Assembly: GCA_046336655.1 (NCBI GenBank)
Contig: JBKDGH010000118.1
Span: forward strand, 1,224-65,223
Direction: 5' to 3'
Source of the DNA: Flavobacteriales bacterium
GTDB lineage: Bacteria; Bacteroidota; Bacteroidia; Flavobacteriales_D; Sanyastnellaceae
Length of the DNA: 64,000 bases
Shown here: positions 38,193 to 47,720 of the stretch, piece by piece
Layout of the letters: every line of letters starts with the position of its first letter
How positions within the stretch are numbered: the stretch's first letter is position 1
Translations under genes and position numbers: made by a program
The notes under the pieces: model-generated
Seen by the model: the letters and a program-made list of their open reading frames with translations, nothing else
Database searches by the model: none
Told to the model about the DNA's origin: nothing

Positions 38193-38780
38193 ATGAAATA
38201 CAACCTCAGCGAGATCACTGATCTGATCAGAAACCGGCGCTCGGTCAGCCCGGAGCGCTTTTCTTCCCGCAAAGTGCATCGGGAGCAGTTGGAGCTTATC
38301 CTCACCAACGCCACCTGGGCACCTTCTCACGGCCTTACCCAGCCCTGGCGATTCAAGGTTTTCACCGGTGATGGGCTGGAGAAACTGGCTGTCCGTATTC
38401 CCGAAATTTACAAGGCTGCAACTCCTGCCGAGTCGTTCCGCCAGCCCAAGTATGACAAGCTGAAGGAGCGCTTTCAGAAACTCTCCGCGGTGATCATCGT
38501 CTGTATGGAAAGAGATTCTTCGGGAAGAATTGCGGAAGTTGAGGAGGTGGAAGCGGTGGCATGTGCCGTTCAGAATATGTACCTTACCTGCACTGCATAT
38601 GGAATGGCGGGTTTCTGGTCTTCTCCATCGTTCATCTATTCGAAGCAAATGCATGAATGGCTGAAGTTGGGAAATCAGGACAAGTGCCTGGGTGTTTTTT
38701 ATGTGGGATACCCGGAAGGAGAGTGGCCGAAAAGCCACCGCAGACCGCTGGAATACGTGACTGAATGGATTACCGGATAA
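38193..38780 (+). CDS. nitroreductase family protein
   Basis: LIRNRRSVSPERF, NATWAPSHGLTQPWRF, and the FMN-binding fold length of 195 aa. Confidence 0.8.
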   Translation: MKYNLSEITDLIRNRRSVSPERFSSRKVHREQLELILTNATWAPSHGLTQPWRFKVFTGDGLEKLAVRIPEIYKAATPAESFRQPKYDKLKERFQKLSAVIIVCMERDSSGRIAEVEEVEAVACAVQNMYLTCTAYGMAGFWSSPSFIYSKQMHEWLKLGNQDKCLGVFYVGYPEGEWPKSHRRPLEYVTEWITG

Positions 38781-39520
38781 CGCAAAATGTGTGGTTGATA
38801 GCGCTGTGCAGCCTGCTCGGCTTATCAGTTAGTGCGCAGGAGCGCGTGACTACACTCGGCGTTCAGTTCAAGCCTATGGTGCCCAGCAAATTCTTCGGTA
38901 CTGCGGGCCAGGAGATCACAAACGGAGAGTTCACGGCGCAGGTTGATCCACGTTTCGGACACAACTTTGGAATGGTGGTCCGCCACGGAATTACGAAGGT
39001 GTGGAGTTTCGAAACCGGTATTTCCCTTGTACAGCGCAACTTCAGAATGAATTGGTCAGTCCCCGGCCTCGATGCCCAATCGTCAGTCAGCTACCGCTTT
39101 GTCAGCTACGAAATTCCCGTTCAGGCACTCGTGTACGTTCGCCTTGGCAAGCAATTGTGGATGAATGCCAGCGGCGGGATGTGCATCGATATGTATCCGA
39201 GTGACATTGCCAGCGCGACCAGCAGCAGGCGTGATACAGTTGTCTATGATTTTGTACAGGACACCTTTCGCAGACGATGGATTCAAATGTCCGTTCTCGC
39301 CAACTACGGTTTTGAGTGGCGATCGAAGGAGAGCGGGTTCTTCTACATCGGCGCCTCGTTTCACCGCCCTTTCCAGGAAATAGCCTATACCCGGACGTCG
39401 GTCACGATCAACTCCAATCCGTCCTCAGCCGTACTTGAAATGAACGGCAGTTACCTTACGCTGGATCTCCGTTATTTCTTCCACGAGGACCCCGAGCGAC
39501 GGCGAAAGCAGTCGAAATAG
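38765..39520 (+). CDS. putative outer-membrane beta-barrel protein
   Basis: Signal ...GLSVSA|QE, alternating amphipathic strands, and an aromatic C-terminal strand region (LTLDLRYFF). Confidence 0.4.
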   Translation: MDYRITQNVWLIALCSLLGLSVSAQERVTTLGVQFKPMVPSKFFGTAGQEITNGEFTAQVDPRFGHNFGMVVRHGITKVWSFETGISLVQRNFRMNWSVPGLDAQSSVSYRFVSYEIPVQALVYVRLGKQLWMNASGGMCIDMYPSDIASATSSRRDTVVYDFVQDTFRRRWIQMSVLANYGFEWRSKESGFFYIGASFHRPFQEIAYTRTSVTINSNPSSAVLEMNGSYLTLDLRYFFHEDPERRRKQSK

Positions 39521-39575
39521 ATTGATAATGAAACTCTTTCATTGTGGATGCCGTATACACCAATATGCCTGAACA

Positions 39576-40100
39576 ATGAACGCACGTCGCTACATTCTTT
39601 TTCTGTTGTTTTCCGGGGTACTGACCGCGCAAGCACAGGCGGATGCCGAAACGCAATCCGTCCGTCTGACGGGTCGCGTCTTGGAAATATCCCTGAAGGA
39701 TTCAAGCGAGTCGTTCATGCCGAATGCTTCCGTGGAAATATGGTCCAATGGTGAGATGCTCAGCACCATTGAAACCAACAGCAAAGGGCGCTACGACTGC
39801 AAGCTCGCCTTTTTTAATTCCTATGTAGTGAAGTATAAAAAGGAAGGTTTTGTGCAGAAAATGGTGGCAATAGATGCCACGGATTTTGCCCTTGAATCCA
39901 GATTGCGGGGCTTCACCATTGAATTGGATATGACCTTGTTCAGGCGCCAGCCCGGCTGCAGGGAATTGGAATTTCTGGGAGAAATTCCAGTCGCACGGGC
40001 ATCCTACAACAAGCCCGCAAATACACTGATGTGGGATAAGAGCTACACTCAAAAGATGAATGAGCGACTCCTCAGCGCAGTGGAAGAATGTCGCAAATAA
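39576..40100 (+). CDS. secreted protein with carboxypeptidase-regulatory-like beta-sandwich, paralogue A
   Basis: Signal ...GVLTA|QA, then LTGRVLEI...ASVEIW...SKGRYDCKL. Similar layout to 40172-40693. Confidence 0.45.
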   Translation: MNARRYILFLLFSGVLTAQAQADAETQSVRLTGRVLEISLKDSSESFMPNASVEIWSNGEMLSTIETNSKGRYDCKLAFFNSYVVKYKKEGFVQKMVAIDATDFALESRLRGFTIELDMTLFRRQPGCRELEFLGEIPVARASYNKPANTLMWDKSYTQKMNERLLSAVEECRK

Positions 40101-40171
40101 CCGATGCATGTTGAAAAGCCGCTGCCGAAGACTTCATAATGAGCTCCTCGCGAATGAACTTTGAATGCAAT

Positions 40172-40693
40172 ATGATGCGGTCCATTCTTCTCCTGTGTGC
40201 TTTCATGATGCCTTTCCTGGCTCAGGCCAAGAAGGATCAGGCCACTGATTTATTCGTCGTACAGGGCCGCATATTCGAAATAGATATCCTATCAGAAGAG
40301 GATATGCCTGCCTCTGAAGTGCAGGTCGTCATCTATCAGGACAAGGACATCTATGTGGCCTTTTACACCCGGAAAAACGGAGATTACGAGTTTCAGCTTC
40401 CACTTGGGCATGAATACGAAATCTGGTTCGGCGGCTCAACCTTTGTTAACAAGAAGGTCTACGTGGATTCACGCAATGTGAAGCCCGGAAAGGGCCAGCA
40501 TGAAATTGCGCTCGATATGGGGCTGTTCAGGCCCATGGACAATTACACCTTTGAACTCCTCGACAAACCCATTGTGCAGTTTGTATGGGACACCGAATTC
40601 GAGCAATTTCTCCCCGATCTGGAATACACCGACGGCGTGTACAGAGAACTCGAGAAGATCTTTCGAAAGATCCGCAAGTCTGGCGGAAAGTAA
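40172..40693 (+). CDS. secreted protein, paralogue B of 39576-40100
   Basis: Signal MMRSILLLCAFMMPFLA|QA, then VQGRIFEI...SEVQVVIY...KNGDYEFQL...IALDMGLFR, compared with IELDMTLFR in paralogue A. Confidence 0.45.
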   Translation: MMRSILLLCAFMMPFLAQAKKDQATDLFVVQGRIFEIDILSEEDMPASEVQVVIYQDKDIYVAFYTRKNGDYEFQLPLGHEYEIWFGGSTFVNKKVYVDSRNVKPGKGQHEIALDMGLFRPMDNYTFELLDKPIVQFVWDTEFEQFLPDLEYTDGVYRELEKIFRKIRKSGGK

Positions 40694-40761
40694 TCATCGC
40701 AACATTTCCGGGTGAGTCTGTCTGAGAGCAGACTACTTTCGCGTTCCCAATCGGTGATTGA

Positions 40762-42609
40762 ATGTCAGAAGAAAACAAAGCAGAGGAGAAGAGAAAGCTG
40801 AAGAAAGAGGATATCGGACGCTCTGTGAGGGTGCTCCGGTATCTGCGGCCCCACTGGCTCCCGTTTGCAGTCGGGTTGTTGCTGCTTGCACTCTCCGCAG
40901 TGCTGGTGGTGTTTATCACGGCCCTGCTGGGGTTGCTGCTTGTCCCGGACTACAGTGGTACAATGCCGGGCGGTGCGATGAGTCAGTGGTTTATTCAGAT
41001 CATTCCGATGAAGCCCGAGTGGGGTGCCACAGGAACAACACTCAGCGTGCTAGTGGGATTGCTGATCATTCAGGGCGTGTTTTCATTCTTTCGGGTGTAT
41101 CTGTTTTCATACGTCTCAGAACGCGCGATGCTCGCACTGCGCAGTGATACCTTCCGCAACATTATTGCCATGCCCATGCAGTTTTTCAACGAGCGGCGGG
41201 TGGGTGATCTGGTGAGCCGGATTTCTTCTGATATCACATCCATTCAGGAAACGCTTACCGTAACTATGGCGGAATTTATCCGTCAGACCATCATCATCGT
41301 GCTGGGTATCGGCTGGCTGGTTTCGCAGTCATACAAGCTCACTCTGGTCATGCTGTGTTCTCTGCCGGTAATCATAGTACTCATCGCGGTGTTTGGCAGA
41401 TTTATCCGCAAACTCGGCAAGCAGACTCAGGACAAGGTAGCTGAGTCAGGCATTATCGTGAACGACGCACTCACGGGCATCATCAATGTGAAGAGTTTTG
41501 CTAACGAGACCTTCGAGACATCGAGGTATACCGACAGCGTGCGCAGAATCCGTGATTTCGCAATGAAAAGCGCCGTGTGGCGAGGCATGTTCGGCACGTT
41601 CATCATCATTTTTCTGTTCGGTGCTCTCGGGCTTGTAATGGGAGTTGGCGCATGGCTTCAGCAAACCGGTGAAATGAGTAAAGAGGTGCTGCCTCAGTTC
41701 ATCATGGTAACCGGTTTGGTTGCAGGATCCATCGGCGGGCTGGCGGCCCAGATGGGTAGTCTGCAGAGGAGCTTTGGAACGATCTCGGCGGTGATGGAGC
41801 TCCTTGAAATGACTCCGGAACCGCTGGCCCATGAAGCAAAGCGAATCATACCAGGATTCTGCGGCCATATCACGTTTTCCAACGTGCGGTTTAGTTATCC
41901 CTCGCGCAAGGACGTGGAGGTGCTGCGTTCCGTGAGTTTTTCTGTAAAAGAAGGCGAGCAGGTAGCGCTGGTGGGTTCATCCGGCTCGGGGAAATCCACG
42001 ATTGCTTCTCTGCTGCTCCGCTTTTACACCCCTGATAGCGGCGAAATCCGCATTGATGATAAACCGCTGGATGGGTACGACCTCACCGCTTTAAGAAGTC
42101 AAATGGCATATGTTCCTCAGGAAGTTATCCTGTTCGGAGGTACTATTCGTCAAAACATCGCCTACGGCAATCCGGATGCAACGGATGACGAAATCAGAGC
42201 TGCCGCTGAAAAGGCCAATGCATGGGAATTTATTCAGTCATTCCCTTCAGGTATGGAGACGGTAGTGGGCGAGAGGGGAATTCAGCTTTCAGGCGGACAG
42301 CGTCAGCGCATTGCAATTGCCCGCGCTGTATTGAGGAATCCGGCCATCCTCATTCTGGATGAAGCGACAAGTTCACTCGACAGCGACAGCGAAAAACTCG
42401 TGCAGGCCGCGCTGGATGGCCTGATGAAGGGCAGAACGAGCCTCGTGATTGCGCACCGCCTGTCCACAATTCGCAATGCGGACCGCATTGTGGTGCTCGA
42501 TCAGGGACAGGTCCGGGAATCGGGCACGCACGCCGAACTGATGGCTCTTTCCGACGGCACATATCGCCGATTGGTGGAACTGCAGTACGAAAGTGATCAG
42601 TCAGCGTGA
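40762..42609 (+). CDS. ABC exporter, fused permease/ATPase (MsbA-like)
   Basis: 6-TM domain followed by Walker A GSSGSGKST, signature LSGGQRQR and Walker B ILILDEATS. Confidence 0.9.
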   Translation: MSEENKAEEKRKLKKEDIGRSVRVLRYLRPHWLPFAVGLLLLALSAVLVVFITALLGLLLVPDYSGTMPGGAMSQWFIQIIPMKPEWGATGTTLSVLVGLLIIQGVFSFFRVYLFSYVSERAMLALRSDTFRNIIAMPMQFFNERRVGDLVSRISSDITSIQETLTVTMAEFIRQTIIIVLGIGWLVSQSYKLTLVMLCSLPVIIVLIAVFGRFIRKLGKQTQDKVAESGIIVNDALTGIINVKSFANETFETSRYTDSVRRIRDFAMKSAVWRGMFGTFIIIFLFGALGLVMGVGAWLQQTGEMSKEVLPQFIMVTGLVAGSIGGLAAQMGSLQRSFGTISAVMELLEMTPEPLAHEAKRIIPGFCGHITFSNVRFSYPSRKDVEVLRSVSFSVKEGEQVALVGSSGSGKSTIASLLLRFYTPDSGEIRIDDKPLDGYDLTALRSQMAYVPQEVILFGGTIRQNIAYGNPDATDDEIRAAAEKANAWEFIQSFPSGMETVVGERGIQLSGGQRQRIAIARAVLRNPAILILDEATSSLDSDSEKLVQAALDGLMKGRTSLVIAHRLSTIRNADRIVVLDQGQVRESGTHAELMALSDGTYRRLVELQYESDQSA

Positions 42610-42643
42610 TTCCGGTATGTGGCGCTGACCTATTTTTGACCAA

Positions 42644-43732
42644 ATGAAGAAAAGAGCTCTCATCACCGGAATTACCGGTCAGGATGGTGCATACCTCGCT
42701 GAACTGCTCCTCTCCAAGGGATATGAAGTCCACGGTGTAAAACGGCGCAGTTCATTGTTTAATACCGATCGCATCGATCACCTCTATAAAGACCAGCACG
42801 AGTCAGGCGTCAACATGTTTCTCCACTACGGTGACATGACCGACAGCACCAACCTGATCCGGCTGGTTCAAGAGACGGAGCCGGATGAGATTTATAATCT
42901 GGCAGCACAAAGCCACGTGCATGTGTCGTTTGAAACGCCGGAGTATACCGCTAATGCGGATGCTACCGGTGCCCTCCGGTTGCTCGAAGCCATCCGCATT
43001 TTAAAACTCGAAAAGAAAACGCGTTTTTATCAGGCGTCAACCAGTGAATTGTACGGACTTGTTCAGGCCGTTCCTCAGGATGAAAACACACCGTTTTATC
43101 CGCGAAGTCCTTACGCAGTGGCCAAGCTTTATGCCTACTGGATTACACGCAACTACCGTGAGGCATATGGCATGTTCGCCTGCAATGGAATATTGTTCAA
43201 TCACGAATCACCACTGCGCGGAGAGACTTTTGTAACGCGAAAAATTACCCGCGCTGCGGCTAAGATCAAACTCGCATTGCAGGATAAACTCTTTCTCGGA
43301 AATCTCGATGCACAGCGAGACTGGGGCCATGCGCGCGATTATGTGCAGGGCATGTGGCTGATGATGCAGCAAGAACAGGCTGATGATTTTGTGCTTGCCA
43401 CAGGAGAAACACACACCGTGCGCAGATTCTGTGAACTCTCCTTCCAAAATCTCGGAATCACGATTGAATGGAAGGGCAGCGGGGTGGAGGAGAAAGGACT
43501 GGATGCAGCCAGCGGCAAAATCTTGATTGAAGTTGATCCGCGCTACTTCCGACCCACTGAAGTGGAACTGCTGATCGGTAATCCGGCAAAGGCGAAGCAC
43601 ATTCTGGGATGGAAACACACCTGCACGCTGGAGCAACTGGTTGCTGAAATGGTCAAGGCTGACCTCGATTTGTTTACACGGGATCAATACCTCAAAGACG
43701 GTGGGCACAAAGTAATGAACTACCACGAATAG
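42644..43732 (+). CDS. gmd: GDP-mannose 4,6-dehydratase
   Basis: [39 protein letters not shown] and [17 protein letters not shown], which are near-invariant Gmd motifs. A TATTTTTG box lies at 42631-42638. Confidence 0.95.
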   Translation: MKKRALITGITGQDGAYLAELLLSKGYEVHGVKRRSSLFNTDRIDHLYKDQHESGVNMFLHYGDMTDSTNLIRLVQETEPDEIYNLAAQSHVHVSFETPEYTANADATGALRLLEAIRILKLEKKTRFYQASTSELYGLVQAVPQDENTPFYPRSPYAVAKLYAYWITRNYREAYGMFACNGILFNHESPLRGETFVTRKITRAAAKIKLALQDKLFLGNLDAQRDWGHARDYVQGMWLMMQQEQADDFVLATGETHTVRRFCELSFQNLGITIEWKGSGVEEKGLDAASGKILIEVDPRYFRPTEVELLIGNPAKAKHILGWKHTCTLEQLVAEMVKADLDLFTRDQYLKDGGHKVMNYHE

Positions 43733-43736
43733 ACGG

Positions 43737-45092
43737 ATGTCGGCAGATCACTTTCACACCCGAAGAAACTCCCTGCTTTATGCTGTGCTGAGGCCATTGG
43801 TCAAGGCAGGCGTATTGCTGTTTCATCGGAAGATTGTCATCGGCGGCGCGCACCATTTGCCTGCGGATGGTCCGGTACTGCTCGTTGCGAATCATCAGAA
43901 TGCAATGCTCGATCCGGTGATTCTATGCGTGTTGTTCAACAGACAATTGCACTGGCTCACCCGCTCCGATGTGTTCGCCAACCCCACCGTGCGCAGGATT
44001 CTGTACCAGTTCAATATGCTCCCCGTGTACCGCGAGCGCGACAGAGCGCGTATACCCGATTGGTCAGAGCGCAATCACCGGACGTTTGACACCTGCTATG
44101 CGAGGTGGAAGGAAAATGCTGTGGTGGCAATGTTTCCCGAAGGAACACACCGCGGCAAAAAACAGTTGCATCTCCCGCTGAAAAAGGGTGCCGCGCGCCT
44201 GGTATTCGGCGCTGCCAAAAGCGGTGTTCCGATGTCTGCTTTTCGTATCGTGCCCGTCGGAATCGATTACAGCGATTATTTCAAGGCAGGCGGCAAGCTC
44301 ATCGTGAGCATCGGCAAGCCATTGGCTGTGACTGACATTCTGAATGACTATTCAAACGATGAGACCAGTGGCGGCAATCAGCTCACTGAAGAGATTCAAC
44401 AGGCGCTGACTTCCGAGATGATAGACATTCGCGCGGGACATGATTACGATGAGTACATGGCATTGCGCGGTCTGAGCGAAGAATTATCTGGAAAGAAGGA
44501 TGACCACCAGCGCCTGCAATGGTATCTCGAAGTACTCAACTACCTCCATCACCGCGCGGACGATGAAGACAAGCAGCTTATCAGGGATTACGTGCATGCC
44601 ACCAGGCGTCTGAAGCTGGATGAAACAGGGATTTCATTTGCGTCGGAAGCTGCCGCAACGCGCTTCGCGGCAGTGCTATTCCTGTGGCTGGTGTTTCCGG
44701 TACGCACCGTTGCCCGACTCATTTGGATGCCCTTCACGTCTCTCGTGGAATGGGTTATTTCTACCCGCATTAAGGATGCTCTGTTCTTTAATTCAATCCG
44801 TTTGAGCGCATGGACGTTTGTGGCACCACTCTACGCAGCTCTGCTCGCATTGCTCACTTATATGTTTACCTGCAACCTCTCGTTCGTACTCTTCATTATT
44901 CTCACATTGACCGTTGGCGGATGGCTCACCTTGAAATGGAATCACTTGTTTCATCTCGTGCGCAAGAGCCGTCGGTTCCGTCTGGTGAGCAAATCACCCG
45001 GAAGAGAGATGCAGGAGTGGAATGAGCTGCGTGCACTTCTTTCAAAAAATCTACGACACTGGCATGAAGAAAGTTCCAAAGCCCGCCGTTAA
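43737..45092 (+). CDS. PlsC-family (lysophospholipid) acyltransferase with C-terminal membrane domain
   Basis: ANHQNAMLDP (HX4D box), FPEGTH, and about 3 C-terminal TM helices. Confidence 0.7.
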   Translation: MSADHFHTRRNSLLYAVLRPLVKAGVLLFHRKIVIGGAHHLPADGPVLLVANHQNAMLDPVILCVLFNRQLHWLTRSDVFANPTVRRILYQFNMLPVYRERDRARIPDWSERNHRTFDTCYARWKENAVVAMFPEGTHRGKKQLHLPLKKGAARLVFGAAKSGVPMSAFRIVPVGIDYSDYFKAGGKLIVSIGKPLAVTDILNDYSNDETSGGNQLTEEIQQALTSEMIDIRAGHDYDEYMALRGLSEELSGKKDDHQRLQWYLEVLNYLHHRADDEDKQLIRDYVHATRRLKLDETGISFASEAAATRFAAVLFLWLVFPVRTVARLIWMPFTSLVEWVISTRIKDALFFNSIRLSAWTFVAPLYAALLALLTYMFTCNLSFVLFIILTLTVGGWLTLKWNHLFHLVRKSRRFRLVSKSPGREMQEWNELRALLSKNLRHWHEESSKARR

Positions 45093-46134
45093 CGGCCTTC
45101 AGCACATCGGCCTCGCTGTGCAGGATATGGATCACTCCCTGCGGTTTTTTCGCAAATTCATCGGGTTGGACATTCCTTTTTTTGATTCGGTAGCGCCGGC
45201 ACCGTTGATGCGGGTATACACCCGGGATAAGGTGATTACCAAGCGCGCCAGTATGGTTATGAATTTGGCCGGAGGAGCGGCGATGGAGGTGATTCGCCCG
45301 ACCTCGTTCGAACCGGTTAAACCATCTTCGGAGACACAGGCAGGGGATATCGGAATCTTCATGGTACAAGTAAAATGTCCTGACGTAAATGCCGCTCATG
45401 TCCACTGCCTGAGTCAGGCACCTGAAAGTACCTCGGCACTTAGTAATGATCCTTCAGGTAATCCTTCGTTTATTCTGCGTGACCCCGACGGACATTTCTT
45501 TCAGTTTGTTCAGTCTGCCGGATGGTATACCACGCCGCGCTGTCACTCGGGCGGCTTGCGCGGACCAGTGGTGGGTGTGACCGATATCGAACGATCACTC
45601 GGTTTGTATCAGAAGCAACTTGGCTATGATAAAGTAGTCTATGACCGCACAGGTACTTTTGATGATCTTGCTTCCTTGCCTGGCGGTAAAGGCACGTTCA
45701 GAAGAGTACTGCTCATGCAGTCACAGCCGCCGCGGGGCGGATTCGCCCGTGTTACCGGTAACACAACAATTGAGTTGGTGCAGGCCACAGACCGCACACC
45801 AGCCCGCATTTTCAAAGGCCGTATCTGGGGAGATACAGGCTTTGTGCACATTGGTTTCGATGTAAAGGGCATGACAGCATTGGGCGAATCATTAAGCCAG
45901 GCGGGATTTACATTCCGGTGCGATAGCAAACACGTGCTGGATATGGGCAATACCCGCGTGCACTGCACCTACATTGATGATCCTGACGGAACACTCATAG
46001 AGCTGATTGAGGTCTATAAAGTTCCGATTGTGGAGAAGTGGGGCATTTTTCTGAATGTGGAAAAACGCGATCCTGAAAAGCCATTGCCCGATTACTTACT
46101 AAAGGCACTGCGCTTCAGTCGCATCAAAGACTGA
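45064..46134 (+). CDS. VOC (glyoxalase/bleomycin-resistance/dioxygenase) superfamily protein, two tandem VOC modules
   Basis: LQHIGLAVQDMDHSLRFF and GVTDIERSLGLYQ..LGY repeat the VOC beta-alpha-beta-beta-beta start. The MKKVPK start is preferred. Confidence 0.6.
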   Translation: MKKVPKPAVNGLQHIGLAVQDMDHSLRFFRKFIGLDIPFFDSVAPAPLMRVYTRDKVITKRASMVMNLAGGAAMEVIRPTSFEPVKPSSETQAGDIGIFMVQVKCPDVNAAHVHCLSQAPESTSALSNDPSGNPSFILRDPDGHFFQFVQSAGWYTTPRCHSGGLRGPVVGVTDIERSLGLYQKQLGYDKVVYDRTGTFDDLASLPGGKGTFRRVLLMQSQPPRGGFARVTGNTTIELVQATDRTPARIFKGRIWGDTGFVHIGFDVKGMTALGESLSQAGFTFRCDSKHVLDMGNTRVHCTYIDDPDGTLIELIEVYKVPIVEKWGIFLNVEKRDPEKPLPDYLLKALRFSRIKD

Positions 46135-46135
46135 A

Positions 46136-46933
46136 TCACCGCGGCGATTGCTTTCGAATAATCGACCTGAACAACTTCGGAAAGAAGCGGTGTAGCCAGA
46201 GCGCATTCAGTTCTTTCCCGCCCACTCCGAATTCTTCTTTTCCTGAAAGTGCGCTTTTTAGTATCAGCTCTGCGCACTTTGCCGCAGGCATTCCTTTCGC
46301 CTGATTGGGATCCATTTCTCCGCTTGCGTTGCCGTGCGCATCTACTGCATGCGCTGAAATATCCGTGGCTATGAAGCCGGGAGTGACCAGCGCCACACGT
46401 AAGCCTTTGGACTCATTTTCGAGACGCAGCGTTTCAAAGAATCCGTGCAATGCATGCTTGCTTGCGGCGTAGGCAGAACGCTCGTAGAAGCCCCATTTAC
46501 CTGCGAGACTGCTTATGACGATGAGCAGACCGCCCCCGTTTTTCAGCATATCAGGTACAATGCGCTTGGTGAGTTCGACCGGACCGAAATAATTCACATC
46601 CATCAGCAACCGGTCTATTTCCATGGGTGTGTCAAGCGCATACGAGCGCTGGCTTCTTCCACCGTTGTGAATCACGATATCGGGCACTTTGGCCTCTGTA
46701 CGGACGCGAGATACTGCGTGTTCAATGGATTGAACCGATGCGAGATCCATAGGTACTACCGTGACCTCCTTTGCTCCTGCGCAACGCGATTTGACCCGCT
46801 CAAGAGCGTCCTCATTGCGGGCAGATAGCAGGAGCGCCGCCCCGCGGCGTGAACACGCATACGCCAGTTGTTCGCCGATACCGGAGCTCGCCCCCGTAAT
46901 CCACACGAGGCGTGAGGAGAGATCTGTGTTCAT
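46136..46933 (-). CDS. SDR family oxidoreductase
   Basis: VWITGASSGIGEQLA and YAASKHAL. Confidence 0.85.
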   Translation of the reverse strand: MNTDLSSRLVWITGASSGIGEQLAYACSRRGAALLLSARNEDALERVKSRCAGAKEVTVVPMDLASVQSIEHAVSRVRTEAKVPDIVIHNGGRSQRSYALDTPMEIDRLLMDVNYFGPVELTKRIVPDMLKNGGGLLIVISSLAGKWGFYERSAYAASKHALHGFFETLRLENESKGLRVALVTPGFIATDISAHAVDAHGNASGEMDPNQAKGMPAAKCAELILKSALSGKEEFGVGGKELNALWLHRFFPKLFRSIIRKQSPR

Positions 46934-46950
46934 TTGCGTTTAATTTTGAT

Positions 46951-46986
46951 TACATCCGTAAGGTTAAGGCATCATTAACCTGAACT
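46951..46986 (+). promoter_or_regulatory. 11-bp-phased direct repeat TTAACCTGAAC/TTAACCTGACG plus an upstream inverted copy AGGTTAA; candidate response-regulator box
   Basis: TTAACCT at 46965-46971 and 46976-46982. AGGTTAA at 46951-46957. Located just upstream of the -7 box at 46992-46999. Confidence 0.35.
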
Positions 46987-46991
46987 TAACC

Positions 46992-46999
46992 TGACGCAA
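46992..46999 (+). promoter_or_regulatory. candidate -7 box (TAAATTTG) for the response regulator/kinase operon
   Basis: Exact TAnnTTTG, 43 nt upstream of ATG 47043. Confidence 0.35.
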
Positions 47000-47042
47000 G
47001 GTAAATTTGTGCGGTAATAATGGTGCATTATCCGAAGGAATC

Positions 47043-47720
47043 ATGAGAAAACCGAAAATACTGTTGGTAGATGATGAGCAGGACATTCTCGAAATGATCG
47101 CCTTCAATCTCGAACGTGAAGGTTTTGAAGTGTTCACCGCTCCGAACGGAAGAAAAGCCCTGGAGGTTGCTGAGGCCAACATACCCGATCTCGTGTTACT
47201 GGATGTGATGATGCCTGAAATGGACGGTATGGAAACCTGCCGTGAGATGAGGGATAATCCGCAGCTGAAAAATGTGAGAATTGCATTCCTCACAGCGCGC
47301 AATGAAGATTACAGTCAGATTGCCGGATTCGATGCCGGCGCTGATGATTACATCTCAAAGCCCATCAAGCCCAGGGTGCTTATTTCACGGGTCAAGGCTT
47401 TGCTTCGCCGGCCAGCCGGAGGTGAATCAGGTCCGGATCTTGCGGATACTGCAGGTATTGTCATCGATAAGGAGCGTTACGTGGTGTATAAGGACGGCGA
47501 ACAACTCTCGCTGCCAAAGAAGGAGTTTGAGCTCCTTGCATTGCTTACTTCTGCGCCTGGACGGGTGTTTACCCGCGAAAATATTTTATCCAGCGTATGG
47601 GGCAATGACGTGATTGTTGGTGACCGTACCATTGATGTGCACATTCGGAAACTGCGGGAAAAACTCGGAGACGATTATTTTAAGACCGTAAAGGGAGTGG
47701 GGTATAAATTTGAACCGTGA
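47043..47720 (+). CDS. OmpR/PhoB-family response regulator
   Basis: KILLVDDEQDI, LVLLDVMMPEMDG (phospho-acceptor Asp), and the winged-helix C-terminus DRTIDVHIRKLREKL...VKGVGYKF. Confidence 0.9.
   Translation: MRKPKILLVDDEQDILEMIAFNLEREGFEVFTAPNGRKALEVAEANIPDLVLLDVMMPEMDGMETCREMRDNPQLKNVRIAFLTARNEDYSQIAGFDAGADDYISKPIKPRVLISRVKALLRRPAGGESGPDLADTAGIVIDKERYVVYKDGEQLSLPKKEFELLALLTSAPGRVFTRENILSSVWGNDVIVGDRTIDVHIRKLREKLGDDYFKTVKGVGYKFEP

Noticed and set aside
45022-45092. Apparent 71-nt overlap between the acyltransferase and the VOC gene
   Set aside because: It shrinks to 29 nt if the VOC gene starts at MKKVPK (45064), which precedes the conserved VOC N-terminal strand. This is not evidence of frameshifting.
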